Shown here: one piece after another, positions 45,401 to 59,697 of the stretch
Layout: every line of letters begins with the position of its first letter
Position numbering within the stretch: position 1 is the stretch's first letter
Assembly (NCBI GenBank): GCA_964016885.1
Contig: OZ024760.1
Span: 22,134,001 to 22,198,000 of the forward strand
DNA: 64,000 nt
Origin: Eledone cirrhosa
Lineage: Eukaryota
Direction of reading: 5' to 3'
Notes under the pieces: generated by a model
Seen by the model: the letters and a program-made list of their open reading frames with translations, nothing else
What the model was told of the DNA's origin: nothing
Databases searched by the model: none
Translations under genes and position numbers: made by a program

Positions 45401-45527
45401 GAGAGAGAGAGAGATAGATAGATAGACAGACAGAAATAAGCGATATAGTAGGATTAGCTCGAGACAGCCCCTGATATAGGTTACTCTAACACTGAACTAG
45501 AGAAACCGATAAATGCATCTTGTATAC

Positions 45528-45566
<39 letters not shown>

Positions 45567-46165
45567 CAATTACACACACACACATAAATATATATATATA
45601 TACACAATTACACACACACACATATATATGTATATGTATATATATATATATGAATATAAATATATATGAATATATAGATATAGATATAAGGTAAATATAT
45701 ACGCATACACGCACACACATATATGCAGATGTATATATATATATATATATATAAACTTTTGCACACATATATACCACATGCATACAACATATCTATATTT
45801 ATCTATCACATACACACACAAACAGACACACACACACAAACACACGTACACACAAAGATACACACACGTATATATATCCATTTAACCAATCTATGCTCTA
45901 CTGACACAGATCGATCGATCGATCGATCGAGGGAAGGAGTAACAGTGTGAGAAATCGATAAGTCAATCATTGTTGCTATAGTTACTATGTAACATCAAGT
46001 TGTCTTGGTAACAGACTAGATTATCTAGTATTAAAACCCCTAACTGGTGTATATATATATATGTATGTGTATGTATATGTGTGTATGTATACATAGATGT
46101 ATACGTGTGTATATATGTATGTTTGTATGTACGTATGTATGTATATATGAATGTATATGTGTATG

Positions 46166-46209
<44 letters not shown>

Positions 46210-46213
<4 letters not shown>

Positions 46214-46378
46214 AACGAGTAGGACCCCGACGGCTGAGCTCAAGCCGTTTCGACGGCTAATTCGAGCTTGAGCTCAGCCGTCGGGGTCCTACTTGTTCCT
46301 ATTACCCACTCTACTACCCTAAGTATTGAGTACTTTGGTGCGTTATGGTCCACCTGCTTCCTTACCACATTTCCTTCG

Positions 46379-46380
<2 letters not shown>
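46210..46380 (+). mobile_element. Family C fold-back unit with central deletion
   Basis: Same structure as the other C copies. Confidence 0.75.
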
Positions 46381-46446
<66 letters not shown>

Positions 46447-46728
46447 ATATATATATATATTTATATGTGTGTGTATGTATGTCGGTATATATACATATAT
46501 TCTATGGATGTATGTATATATATATGTATATATATATGTATGTATGTATGTATGTATAAATATAGTACGTGAATATGTCCATAGTTAACGTGCATACGAT
46601 TATGTGTGTGTTTGTGTGTGTATTTGTGTGTGTATTTGTGTGTGTAGTTGTGTGTGTGTGAGTGTGAGAGAGAGTGTGTGTGTCTCTGCGTGTGTGTATG
46701 TGTTAATAAGAAGGTGTAAATATATATG

Positions 46729-46771
<43 letters not shown>

Positions 46772-47244
46772 ACAATCATTACTAATGTCTCTTGATAGCG
46801 TCTAGACAGGGGGGAGGGGTGGTGGTGGGGTGGTGGTGGTGGTGGATGAAGAAAAACAATGGCTATTACTACTACGATTTCTATTACTACTACCCCAACT
46901 ACTACTATTACTACCACCACTACTACTATTACTACTACTACCACAACTACTACTTCTATTACTACTACCCCAACTACTACTACTACTGTCACCACCATTA
47001 CTACTACTACTACTATTACTACTACTGTCACCACCATTACTACTACTACTACTACTACTACATCAATGACAACAACAACAACTATTACTATTGCTTCGCG
47101 AAAAAGAAAACAACAACAACAACAACAACAACGACGACAACGACAACAACGACAACAACGACAACGACAACAACGACAACAACAACAACAACTACTACTA
47201 CTACTATTACTACTACTACTACTACTACTAGCTAAATGAGCTAT

Positions 47245-47722
47245 ATCATAATATTTTCCGATTTAAGCACAAGACAAGCAATTTGGGGAGAAGGCAAAGT
47301 CGAATAAATTTTACCAGTGTATTACTGGTACTTTATTTTATCGACCCTGTAAGGATGAAAGGCAAAGTTGAACCTCGGTGGGATCTGAACTCACTTCTAA
47401 TTCTTAATAATAATGGTTTCTGATATAGGCACAAGGCCAGCAATTTTGGGGGGAGGGGAAAGTCAGTTAAATCAACCCCCAGTACATTACTGGTAATTTA
47501 TTTCATCGACCCCGTAAAGATGAAAGGCAAAGTTAACCTTGACAGGATTTGAACTCACTTCTAATTCTTAATAATTGTTTCTACTTTTGGCACAAGGCCA
47601 GAAATCACCCAGTACATTACTGGTACTCGGCGGGATTTGAACTTAGATCATAAAGGGCCATAACTCTTTGCTGCAAAGCATGGCGTCCGACCCCTTACTG
47701 ATACTGCCAATCCACTGCCCCA
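47245..47722 (-). mobile_element. Cluster of three SINE S1 copies/fragments
   Basis: Repeated central domain and tail, with a tRNA-like head at the right end. Confidence 0.8.
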
Positions 47723-48159
47723 ATTCTTCATAATAATACTAATTATTGGAAACTGATGTAGTGCAAATTGGAGGTGAATTATTGTGTCACCTGATCAATG
47801 ATACATCTAAATGATGTATATGGCTCCAGATCAATACCCACCCCCCTCTTTAGTGAATCATCTAAAGTAAGAGTGTGGCAGAGCGGAAGTTATTTCAAAA
47901 TATGATGAACATCAGGAAGTAATTGACATAACTAGGTCACGTGTTCATGAATCGACCCCCGCCCTAATACTCGTCTTTATTATGCCAGTCAACGAGAAGT
48001 GTATGAAATATGCTGCATGGAGAGTGAGAGACTTTAGGCGGTTGCTAAAATAATAGAAAAAAGTCCCTAAAACTTGACCCACCCCTACACAAAAAAATAT
48101 CCCTGGAACGTCACCAGTCGAGTATTACCCCTGATTTCACCAGCATTAACCCTTTGTGA

Positions 48160-48701
48160 ATACAAAACTCCACTGTCCCTCCCTGGAGAGGACGCCAGTC
48201 AATCGCAGGGTTAAACCCAAGCTACTGCAGCTTCTCATTTTCAGCTGTGTCTACTGGAGCCAGGGTTCGATTTACACCGTAAGACCCCGGGGCACTTCAA
48301 GTTTTGGGAGCCCCCTTATAGACAAAACATTAGAATACACATCCCCTCACCCGCTCAATTTTACACATCATATTTAGCTTGACGTATGTAATTGGAATGG
48401 AAAAGTTATACATAGAGGTATTAAATTCAAAAATTATAACAATCCTAAAACTAAAAAGCCCTGTTGAGGGCACAAATAAACTGCTACTGGGGTCACTGGA
48501 GGGAGTCCCCATTAGAGGGGGCCCAGGGCAATCGCCCGATTTGCTCCCCATTAAAACCGGTCCGGACTGGAGTAACGTAAAATTAAATGTTTTGCTCAGG
48601 AGCATAACGCACAGCACAAAACCCGGCGGTCCAGGAAGCGAGGCCACGACATTCAAGATCGTTAGTACAAGCCCCTAACCACTAGGCCACATGCCTTCAC
48701 T
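48160..48701 (-). mobile_element. tRNA-derived SINE S2 (CORE/V-like domains) interrupted by a hAT MITE
   Basis: Homologous to 60296-60586. Confidence 0.75.
48261..48565. mobile_element. hAT-type MITE
   Basis: 8-bp TSD ACTGGAG(C/T), degenerate CAGGG... TIRs, homologous to 54291-54581. Confidence 0.8.
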
Positions 48702-48846
48702 ATAGTAGCAAAATATTACTTCATGTGCAAACAAAGAATCGACCGACAAGATCCCAAACCACATTCGTTTACCGAGTGAAGTAGAACACATTAAATCAGA
48801 TCAGACCAAGAAATAAATATTGGTTTTCCATTCCTGATACAATCTA

Positions 48847-49222
48847 CTGGTCGAAACCCCTGGCAGAAGGATCAGCGTGAAATAAAGTGTCTTGCTCAAG
48901 GACATAACGCTTTACCCTCTTAATGCTGGTCGCAACCCCTGGCAGAAGGATCAGCGTGAAATAAAGTGTCTTGCTCAAGGACATAACGCTTTACCTTCCT
49001 AATGCTGGTCGCAACCCCTGGCAGAAGGATCAGCGTGAAATAAAATATCTTGCTCAAGGACATAACGCTTTCCCTTCCTAATGCTGGTCGCAACCCCTGG
49101 CAGAAGGATCAGCGTGAAATAAAGTGTCTTGCTCAAGGACATAAGACTTCTCCCGGTCTAGTAATTGAACTCGCAACCTTACAATTGCGAATCCAATTTT
49201 CTAACGACTAAGCCACGCGCCA
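48847..49222 (-). repeat. 79-bp tandem repeat (~4 copies) of the SINE S2 CORE-like segment, followed by the SINE head
   Basis: Unit starts at 48847, 48926, 49005 and 49084. Confidence 0.85.
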
Positions 49223-49789
49223 ATTTTTCTCAAATGAAATCTTAGTATTTCCTACCAAGCCTTAAATTTCCTGTCCTGCAGTCTTAAATAGTTATAAAAG
49301 AGGTCACATGATTGTCAAAGTATCATTTATGACTGAAGTATTCTTAAATAGCAGACAAGCTATCATTTTAAACTACGTTAATTTCAAATGATGGATGAAC
49401 TATCATATATCTTTAAAGTGGTTTTAAATTAAAACGTTCGGTGACATATATGAAACAAGGGAGATGAAAAAAAAAACTTGCCTCAACTCTTAATTGTAAA
49501 TCTTTAATTTTTAGTTTTAAATTTTTATTAATTCTTTTTAATTGTAATACTCAAGATTTGATAATATGAATTTTACTAATACATCGAAACCGGTAATACA
49601 TTATATACTTTATATACTTTATATACATTATAAAACTCTTTTTTAAAAATAATTGTCCCTTTCATTTTTTCCGTGCTATTTTCAATCTCACCCCTGCCTT
49701 CTCTCCATCTCTCTCATATAAATATATATTTGTTCTGTGAAAAGACCACCACCACCACCACCACCGCTGCCGCCACCACCACTTCCCAG

Positions 49790-49932
49790 CATAGTTACGT
49801 CCCTTTACGATCTGAGTTCAAATCCCGCCGAGGTTGACTTTGCCATTCATCCTTACGGGGTCGATAAAATAAAGTACCAGTAATACACTGGGTAATTTGC
49901 TGGCCTTGTGCCAAAAGTAGAAACAATTATTA
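49790..49932 (+). mobile_element. SINE S1, 5'-truncated
   Basis: B-box, central domain and tail. Confidence 0.8.
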
Positions 49933-50159
49933 CTATATATATATATATATATAGATATATTAAAATAACCGATTAAAGTTTAAGCAAAGAATTGCTCTAG
50001 GGTTCTTATATATATGATATATATTTATCCTTATCGAGCCCTCTTACGATTTTAGTCTTCACATTTATTATTATCATTATATAGAAACACAGAAACAAAA
50101 TGGCGTAGGACAGAACAAAGGAGAGGCACAGAAGCACAGAAACAAAGAAAGGAATCCCC

Positions 50160-50204
50160 AGTCACTGAAGAGGTCACAGAGTGTGTGACGAAAGGACTAT
50201 GACT
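50160..50204 (+). ncRNA. Hammerhead ribozyme motif (family L), slightly decayed
   Basis: AGUCA-CUGAAGA-GGUCACA-GAGUG-UGUGAC-GAAA-GGACUA^-UGACU. Confidence 0.65.
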
Positions 50205-50445
50205 ATATATAAACAACTATCTGGTTGTGGAACCAACCAACCAACCAGAAATTTATAAATTTATAAATTTGTAAATTTATAAATATATAATAAACTGAAG
50301 TGAAAGCAACTGGTGCGTGTGTTTCTTATTGGCAACATGACCCTCCCAAAGTATAACAATATCGGTTTCAACACACGATTTCAGATAAAGAATCTTTCTA
50401 AACAAATTCAGAAACGAATTATATATATATATATATATATATATA

Positions 50446-50860
50446 TGGAAAGTTATATTTAAAATTGTTGGGTTACAACTAGTAAATATTTATAACTGAT
50501 ATAAAAGCACTCGACAAATATTTGGAGTATATTTACAATATTAAATAAATGGAAAACTATATTTATAAAACCATATTTATTTCATTATATATGTTTCGGG
50601 GATATCATATTAACAATATGCTATGCCTTCATCAGACAAAATACAATATAAACAGTTTTATAGATAAATAGATTCGACATACCGTAATAACACCGACTTG
50701 CATTTTAAGAGGTTAAACTGGCAGTTTAACCTCTTTATTTATCTATAAAACTGTTTATATTGTATTTTGTCTGATGAAGGCATAGCATATTGTTAATATG
50801 ATATCCCCGAAATATATATAATGAAATAAATATGGTTTTATAAATATAGTTTCCATTTAT

Positions 50861-50868
<8 letters not shown>
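50446..50868 (-). mobile_element. Family B2 fold-back unit with HHRs at 50578-50643 (-) and 50763-50828 (+)
   Basis: Tail at left; fold-back at AAACTGGCAGTTT, then a ~35-nt skip in the short arm. Confidence 0.8.
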
Positions 50869-50912
<44 letters not shown>

Positions 50913-50964
50913 TTGGGGGAGGGGGATGCGTGTGTGTGTGTGTGTATGTGTATGTATTAATGAG

Positions 50965-51130
50965 TTCAAGTCAAAGTGTGTCTCGAGCCGTGAGGCTCAT
51001 CTGACCGGTTATTATTCCGGGCTCCGTGGTGTGTAACACCTGAGACTACTGGACCTTCGGCTAGACATGATGCCTGTCCATCGCAGGGTTTCATCCCCAC
51101 CAGCTATTACTGGTACACATTTTCAGCTCA
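50965..51130 (-). mobile_element. SINE S2 3' part
   Basis: V-like GCGATGGAC.GGCATC segment and tail similar to 60460-60580. Confidence 0.6.
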
Positions 51131-51558
51131 CTATACTAGTATATATATATATATATATATGCATACACACACACACCCATATATATATGTATGTATGTAT
51201 ACACACACATATATATATATATAAACACATATATATTATATATATATATATAAACACACACAAATACATATATATATAAACACATAGATATATATATATA
51301 CAAACACATATATATATAAACACATATATATATATATATATACAAACACACGTATATATAAACACATACATATATATATATATATATATATGTATACACA
51401 AACACATATATATATAAACACATAGATATATATATACAAACACACGTATATATAAACACATACATATATATATATCTATACATATATCTATATATATCTG
51501 TTCAACTCTCTCCAAGCCACACATATATATATATATATGTGTGTGCCTGTGTGTGTGT

Positions 51559-51590
<32 letters not shown>

Positions 51591-51672
51591 TTATTTATAT
51601 ATATATATCTGTTCAACTCTCTCCAAGCCACACATATATATATATATATATGTGTGTGCCTGTGTGTGTATA

Positions 51673-51703
<31 letters not shown>

Positions 51704-51785
51704 TTATTTATATATATATATATCTGTTCAACTCTCTCCAAGCCAGACATATATATATATATATGTGTGTGCCTGTGTGTGTATA

Positions 51786-51866
<81 letters not shown>

Positions 51867-52009
51867 TTATTTATATATATATATATATTTATATTTATTT
51901 ATATATATATATATATTTATATTTATTTATATATATATATATATTTATATATATTTATTTATATATATATTTATATTTATTTATATATATATATATATTT
52001 ATATTTATT

Positions 52010-52068
<59 letters not shown>

Positions 52069-52395
52069 ATATATATCTATATTTATATATATATATATAT
52101 CTATATTTATATATATATATTTATATATATATATATATATATATATCTATATTTATATATATATATCTGTTCAACTCTAGCCTTCCTAGACATTCCAGCT
52201 GTTATTTACTCGTAAAGAGATTTTTTCCAGCTGCTTCGTTCCGTCATATTGTGCGTTCCTCTGTCGTCTGCTTCCAATAGGCAGACGACCAGATATGTAA
52301 AACAAACTAATGCTTCAAATATTCCTACAAAACTTTGTTTCCTCAGGTACCTGGTTGGATTGCTTGTGTGTGTGGGGGTGATGTGGGGGCGGAGG

Positions 52396-52427
<32 letters not shown>

Positions 52428-53863
52428 TTGGTGGGTGTGTGGGGTGTGTGGGGGATGAGGGTTGCGGTGAGCTTGTGTGTTAGAGTGTGTGGGGCTGAGG
52501 GGGAGGTGAGCTTGCGTGTGTGAGGTGTGGGGGAGGTGAGCTTGTGTGTGTGAGGTGTGGGGGAGGTGAGCTTGTGTGTGTGTGTAGGGGTGGTGCGTAG
52601 GTGGTGGTGTGGGTGGTGCGTGGATGGTGATGTGGAGGTGAGGGAGGGGTGAGATTGTGTGTGTGGGGTGGGGGTGGGGGAGGTGAACGTGCGTGTGTGT
52701 GGGAGGGTGGCCGTGTGTGTGTGTGTGGGAGGGTGGCCGTGTGTGTGTGCGTGCTGTGTGTGTTCGTGCTGTGAGTGTGTCAGTGTGTGAGTGTGTGAGT
52801 CTATATGTAGGTGTCTGTGAATGTGTGTATGTGGTGGGATGGGGTGGGGTGATCGTGTGAGTGTGTGTGTATACGTGCTGTGAGTGTGTGAATCTGTGTG
52901 TGTGGGTGTCTGTGAATGATGCGTGGGGGAGGGTGAGAGGTGACCGTGTGTGTATGTCTGTTCGTGCTGTGAGTGTATCAGTGTGTGTGTGTGTGTGTGT
53001 GGGCGTCTGAGAATGTGTGTGGGTGTTTGAGTCCAGGTCTGGTTATCACTTATTTTTTATCATTTATTTTGTTTTGACCTGTTTAGCTTGATTTGGTTTT
53101 TGACTTGGGTGGTTAATGCCTTCTTGACCACCTTTTCAGTTTTGTATGGCTTCTTAACACATTGTTTAGCTCTGGTTTTTAACTATTGAGCACTTTGCCA
53201 GTATCATTTCTGAATTTTGAGTTTCGCTTCGCTTTTCCTGCCCGCCGAAAATGCGATTCTCGCCGAATCTTTATTTGTAGATATATATAACTACTAAAAT
53301 AATCCACTAATTTGTGGTGACATGATAGCACCTAGTATCTCACACGATCCTACACTATCTACCTCAGATCTTTATCGTATAATTCTCTATCCTCCTTAAA
53401 GGCTCTCTTTAAAATCATGAGAGATCTTCCACCTTTGCCTTTCACATTAGTGGGCTCCCATATTAAATATTTTGTAGCTTGTTTATTGACACCCATGACA
53501 TGACCTGCATACCGAAGACACCTGATACACATGGTATGGCTAATGGTTAAGAGGTTGTTTGTAACACTTTCAAAAGGTTTGATGTTTTATATTCTTCTTA
53601 GCATTCGTGTGTAGCAATCATCTAAAGCTTTGCTAATAGTTATAGTCACCAACCATGATTCACAGGAATACAGATTGATCCCACTGTAGATTTGAATAAT
53701 TTAACTTATGTTATTGTGGTTATGGTAGATTTCCACACCTTATCTAACGAGTTCACAGCAGACCAGCAGACCTGGTTCGTGCTACACTGTTGTTTATATC
53801 ATTTGGTGTATGTGCCACGGTATTTGAAATTGTCTAGTTTTACAGGAAAAATATGGCTTAAAA

Positions 53864-54170
53864 CAAGGGTGTGCAACATATTCCATTGGTGGGCCACTTT
53901 TGAATATTGGAACAACTATTAGGGCCATTAATATTTATTAAGCAATATTCCAAAGACTTCTTTCCATAACATAGAACTGGGAAATTATAACATACGTAAC
54001 CCTATCAATGAAGCCCTTTACTGTCGGTCAACTAACAGAAAATTGTTTTACGGTAACGAAAAAATTTTGTAAATAAGCCTACGAGGTAAAATTTAAAAAC
54101 GGTTATTGCGGGCCACTCTGACTGGTCTGACGGGCCGAACTGTCGCCCGCGGGCCGGCTGTTAAAGATCT
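53864..54170. mobile_element. hAT/Charlie-like MITE
   Basis: CAAGGGTGTGCAAC start and subterminal GCCCGCGGGCCG motif. Confidence 0.55.
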
Positions 54171-54290
54171 GAGTTGATTGTCATGTATTTTAGAAGAGTC
54201 CCATAGCTTCCGTAGAAACTTCTAGCTTGTCTAAGAGATCATCTTACTTACCTATTGAATCTGCATGTACGATATTGTCATCAGCGAATC

Positions 54291-54581
54291 CAGGGTTGGA
54301 TTTAGACCTTGTGGGTGGGTGGGAACTTTCCGTTAGGGTGGGGGCGCAAATACAAACAAATAGAATACACAGCATATCCCCCAATTTTACATATCAAAGT
54401 TAGCTTGACGTATGTAATTAGAATTGAAAGGTTATAGTAAAGGTATTAAAGTAAAAAAAAATCTAACCATCCTAAAACCAAAATGCCCAGCTGAAGGCAC
54501 AAATATATTGTTTCGGCTGTTACTGGTGGGTCCCCCAATGCAGAGAGCCCGAGGAAAATGACCCCATTAAAACCAAGCCTG
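54291..54581. mobile_element. hAT-type MITE
   Basis: Perfect 8-bp TSD AGCGAATC; TIRs CAGGGTTGGATTTA / TAAAACCAAGCCTG. Confidence 0.9.
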
Positions 54582-54965
54582 AGCGAATCCCATATCTGTT
54601 AAGTATTGTGACGGATGTCTCGTGATTCTACGCTTTAAAGAAAAGGCAACTGATGAGACGGGGTTGTCCTGTGTTTCATTCGTTTTTCCGTTGTCTTCGC
54701 CCACTATTTTTAAAAATAGTATATATATATATATATATAATCTCTAACAAATAGATAAGAGGCTCATATGCCGGCTGCCATCACTACTGTATAGTTATAC
54801 ATTGCCAGCAAAAACATCACAACGATTGCATAACTGAACCTACGATTGTGTAAGCATCTGATGAAATCACATGATATAATCATGCAACGGAAATACATAT
54901 TATGTAATAAACAATTATAGTGAATTAATCCCGTCTTCAGTAATTTGATATATATAAATATATAT

Positions 54966-55282
54966 AACAAAGGAATTGTGGTAAGGAACCAAATGGACCA
55001 TAACGCACCAGAGTACTCAATACTTAGGGTAGTAGAGTGGGAAATAGGAAAAAGTATGACCCTGACGGCAGAGCTCAAGTCGTTTCGACGGCTATTTCTG
55101 GAGTCCAGAAATAGCCGTCGAAACGGCTTGAGCTCTGCCGTCGGGGTCATACTGTTTTCTATATATATATATATATATAACGAAGGAGGTGTGGTAAGGA
55201 ACCAGATGGACCATAACATTTTTTAGTCCAGAAATAGCGGTAGAAACGGTTTGAGCTCTGCCGTCGGGGTGAAACATTTTCC

Positions 55283-55284
<2 letters not shown>
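54966..55284 (-). mobile_element. Two family C (C2) units
   Basis: 54966-55161 is a fold-back unit; 55179-55284 is a tail joined to an inverted head. Confidence 0.75.
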
Positions 55285-55336
<52 letters not shown>

Positions 55337-55583
55337 CACACATATATGTATATATATGCATATGTTATGCAGAACTTTCCGTTTTCAAATTTGTGCATTT
55401 GTTGTATTTTTTACAGAAACAATTTTCTTATAGGATAAAGGAAGTTAAAGCAAGTGACGTCATATCAAACGAACAACTGTTTAAGATTTCACTATGACAT
55501 GTATACATATATAGGGAAGTAGGAAATAGCTTCTGGATGAATTTATACACGTATATATATATATATGAATGTGTGTACATATG

Positions 55584-55616
<33 letters not shown>

Positions 55617-55627
55617 GTACAAATGTA

Positions 55628-55659
<32 letters not shown>

Positions 55660-55882
55660 AAACACTTGTTTTATACACACACTCACACACACAAACATAT
55701 TTGTATATGCTCATACACACACAATTGTGTGTATGTGTGTGTGTATATATATATATATATGTACAAATGTATTTATCTCTCTCTCTCTCTCTATATATAT
55801 ATATAAAACACTTGTTTTATACACACACTCACACACACAAACATATTTGCATATGCTCATACACAAACAATTGTGTGTATGC

Positions 55883-55947
<65 letters not shown>

Positions 55948-56319
55948 CGTATGTTCACATGTGTATCTAGAAAAATAGGAAATACAGATAATACGAAAAG
56001 TGCCCTATATACACATAGAGTCATAGGGACACACATATATATACACATACAGACATAGAGATAGAGGCATAGCTATATACACACACATAGATAGTCATGG
56101 AGTATGGATGCATGTATGTGAATCTGTATATAAGTATGTATGTGTGTGGGTATGTATGTATGTGTGTGTGTGTGTATATATATATATGTTGAGTAATAGG
56201 AAATAGCGTAAATGATAACGTAACCAGACTCTCTCTCTCTTAGTATATAAATTATATATATATATATATACATATATACATATATATGTATATATATATA
56301 TACATACATATAAACACGA

Positions 56320-56365
<46 letters not shown>

Positions 56366-56639
56366 GCATATATATACATATGTACATATATATATATGTA
56401 TACATATGTACATATATAAATATATATATATGTATACATATGTACATATATAAATATATATATATATATATATATGTGTATGTATGTATGTAATTATGCG
56501 TTGATGTGTTCATATATACTCATAAATCTAATTCTGTCAGTCTCTTTAATTTAAAATTGGCAGTTGGTCATGTTAAATGTATATCTGCATAGAGATGTGT
56601 ATATATATATATATATATATACATACAAACACAGGCAAA

Positions 56640-56685
<46 letters not shown>

Positions 56686-56898
56686 ACATATACCTCAAAT
56701 ATATATATATGTGTACGTATGGATGTATATATATATATTTATATATATATAGATAGATACCTCAAATATATATGTGTACGTATGTGTGTATATGTACATA
56801 TATATATATATATATAGGTTTGCCTGTGTTTGTATGTATATATATATATAGACATACCTATATATATATATATGTTTGCCTGTGTTTGTATATATATA

Positions 56899-56939
<41 letters not shown>

Positions 56940-56971
56940 CATATATATATATATAGGTTTGCCTGTGTTTG

Positions 56972-57013
<42 letters not shown>

Positions 57014-57223
57014 TACGTCTGTGTATTTTGCCATGTAGACTTTCTCGCCACAACAATCTAACGTGCTATAGAGAAAGACAGAAAGCAGACATGTTTCCTC
57101 TTGGAATTCTTAAACAAACACCATTCTTAGATTAAATGGGTGCGGCAGTGTCTACAAATACAGATCCAGAAACATACAGGCTTACATAAATATATACATC
57201 TATACGTCCTTACATACATGCAC

Positions 57224-57269
<46 letters not shown>

Positions 57270-57278
57270 ATATATATA

Positions 57279-57618
57279 TAGGAATCAGTAGTAGGACCCC
57301 GACGGTTGAGCTCGAGCCGTTTCGACGGCTAATTCTGGAAACGGCTTGAGCTCAGCAGTCGGGGTCCTACTCGTTCCTATTACCCACTCTACCACCCTAA
57401 GTATTGAGTACTTTGGTGCGTTATGGTCCATCTGGTTCCTTACCACATTTCCTTCGTTATATATATATATATATATAAATGAAAAAGTTTAACCCCGACG
57501 GCAGAGCTCAAGCCGTTTCAACGGGGTTAAACATTTTCCTATTACCCACTCTACTCCCCCAAGTATTGAGTTCTCTGGTGCGTTATGGTCCATCTGGTTC
57601 CTTACCACACTTCCTTCG

Positions 57619-57620
<2 letters not shown>
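57279..57620 (+). mobile_element. Two family C units
   Basis: 57279-57459 and 57478-57620. Confidence 0.75.
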
Positions 57621-57713
<93 letters not shown>

Positions 57714-57982
57714 CGTGTGTATATATATATATAGAGGTTTACACATACATAAACTAGACAGAGCCATAGATATATATATATATATGTTTTTGGCAATCAT
57801 TCATGGTGTGGCTCAATGACGAATTAATTAATTAAATAATCAACAATCAGAGCAATATATAAGAAAGTAAGTCCATAGAATCATTTGACAAAATATATAC
57901 AGTATTTCTTCACTATATATATTTTATCAAATGATTCTATGGACTTACTTTCTTATATATATATATATATATATTTATATTG

Positions 57983-58048
57983 TATTTTGTCTGATGAAGG
58001 CATAGCATATTGTTAATATGATATCCCCGAAATATATATAATGAAATA
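57983..58048 (+). ncRNA. Type I hammerhead ribozyme (B2, single-arm unit 57975-58090)
   Basis: Identical to 50763-50828. Confidence 0.8.
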
Positions 58049-58090
58049 AATATGGTTTTATAAATATAGTTTTCCATTTATTTAATATTG

Positions 58091-58459
58091 TATATATATA
58101 TATATATATATAACACCTGCAACCCTGATGGTATCCAATGTTGTTGACTTCTTCTTCTTTTTGGTAAATATCATCTTGGTTAAGAGAGTGGGACTGGCTT
58201 TGTGCAGTGCCTTTGCTCACTATAAAAGCTTCACAGAATAGGCATTGCTTTATATCTGGAGATCTCTCTGCACTTGTCGTCACATGGTACCATGGGCCCA
58301 GAACTATGTGTCAATAATTGTCACAAGTGTAGTGTTTGTACCAGGGTATTCAAGTCGCTGGCTGGGCTAAAAAGTCACACTCGTTCAGCGCATCGGTAGG
58401 GGTTCTCCTACATGGATATAAAGTAATGGCCGTACTCGAAAACGAGTTGGCAGCCACCA
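58091..58459 (-). mobile_element. Family E copy
   Basis: Reverse complement of 10218-10588. Confidence 0.75.
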
Positions 58460-58518
58460 TATATATATATATAAGTTTCTCTTTCTCTTTATCTCTCTCT
58501 CTCTCTATATATATATAT

Positions 58519-58666
58519 AACAAAGGAATTGTGGTAAGGAACCAGGTGGACCATAACGTACCAGAGTACTTAGGGTAGTAGAGTGGGAAATAGGAAAAAA
58601 GTATGACCCCGACGGCAGAGCTCAAGCCATTTCGATGGCTATTTCTGAGTCCAGAAATAACCGTCC
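58519..58666 (-). mobile_element. Family C (C2) unit
   Basis: Fold-back arm aborted after ~15 nt. Confidence 0.7.
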
Positions 58667-58924
58667 AAATATATATATATATGCATATATATATATATAT
58701 GCATATACATATATACACATATACGTATACACAGTCACACATATACACTGGTTGTGGGTCAATTAAAGCATTGAGTGAGAAAACAGTCGGAGATAAATTG
58801 TTCCTTCCGATGACTTCGTCTTATCATATGTAGTGAGTTTGTTCTGTTATTAATTCTGGCAATATTATTACAACAATATGACCCTCCCCAAGTATAACAA
58901 TATATATATATATATATATATATA

Positions 58925-59064
58925 TTTAGTCCAGAATTAGCCGTCGAAACGGCTTGAGCTCAGCCGTCGGGGTCCTACTCGTTCCTATTACCCACTCTAC
59001 TACCTTAAGTATTGAGTACTTTGGTGCGTTATGGTCCACCTGGTTCCTTACCACATTTCCATCG

Positions 59065-59066
<2 letters not shown>
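58925..59066 (+). mobile_element. Family C (C1) unit without inversion
   Basis: Starts TTTAGTCCAGAATTAGCCGTCGAAAC directly after (TA)n. Confidence 0.75.
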
Positions 59067-59110
<44 letters not shown>

Positions 59111-59270
59111 ACAGGGAGAAAGAGACGATTATGAGGAAGAAAAATATATTTTTCTCCCTTTTTGTGCCTCCTCTCCACATTTTATTATTATTATATATAT
59201 ATATATATAGTATATATATATATATATATACTATATATATATATATGTAATTTAGCTTGTTTGTGGCTCT

Positions 59271-59668
59271 GTCACTTGGACGCTAACGTCGAAACTGGAG
59301 AAAAAGCTAGACGGGGCATACACACGTATGCTCCGTGCTGCTTTAAACGTGTCTTGGAGGGAACACCCAACAAATAAGGATCTCTATGGCAACATACCAC
59401 CTATCAGCAGGTCAATAGGTGGACAGAGACTCAGATTTTCTGGCCACTGTTGGCGCAGCAAGGAAGAAATAGCAGGTGATGTGTTGTTATGGAGTCCATC
59501 TCATGAAGCAAGAAACGCTGGTCGTCCCAAGAAGACATACGTCAAGCAACTTGAGGACGATACTGGATGCACTGCGGAAGAACTGGCAAACGCTATGCGA
59601 GACAAAGATGGATGGAGGAAACGTGTCGTAGAAAGCCGAGCAAGCTCGACCTGATGATGATGATGATA
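59271..59668 (+). mobile_element. 5'-truncated RTE-clade LINE 3' end
   Basis: ..LDGAYTRMLRAALNVSW..QRLRFSGHCWR..GRPKKTY..GWRKRV* followed by a (TGA)n tail. Confidence 0.9.
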
Positions 59669-59697
59669 TATATAATATATATATATATAATATAAAT

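Larger units (their letters stand above)
53340..54660 (-). pseudogene. Decayed RTE-clade LINE reverse transcriptase fragment, interrupted by two MITEs
   Basis: Minus strand gives ..KRRITRHPSQYLTDMGFADDN.. across the MITE and ..ALDDCYTRMLR..; stops and frameshifts present. Confidence 0.75.

Noticed and set aside
54851-54905. CUGAUGA..CAUGAU/AUCAUG..GAAAUACAUAUU HHR-like motif
   Set aside because: Stem II closing pairs are poor. It may be a decayed copy and is not listed as a feature.
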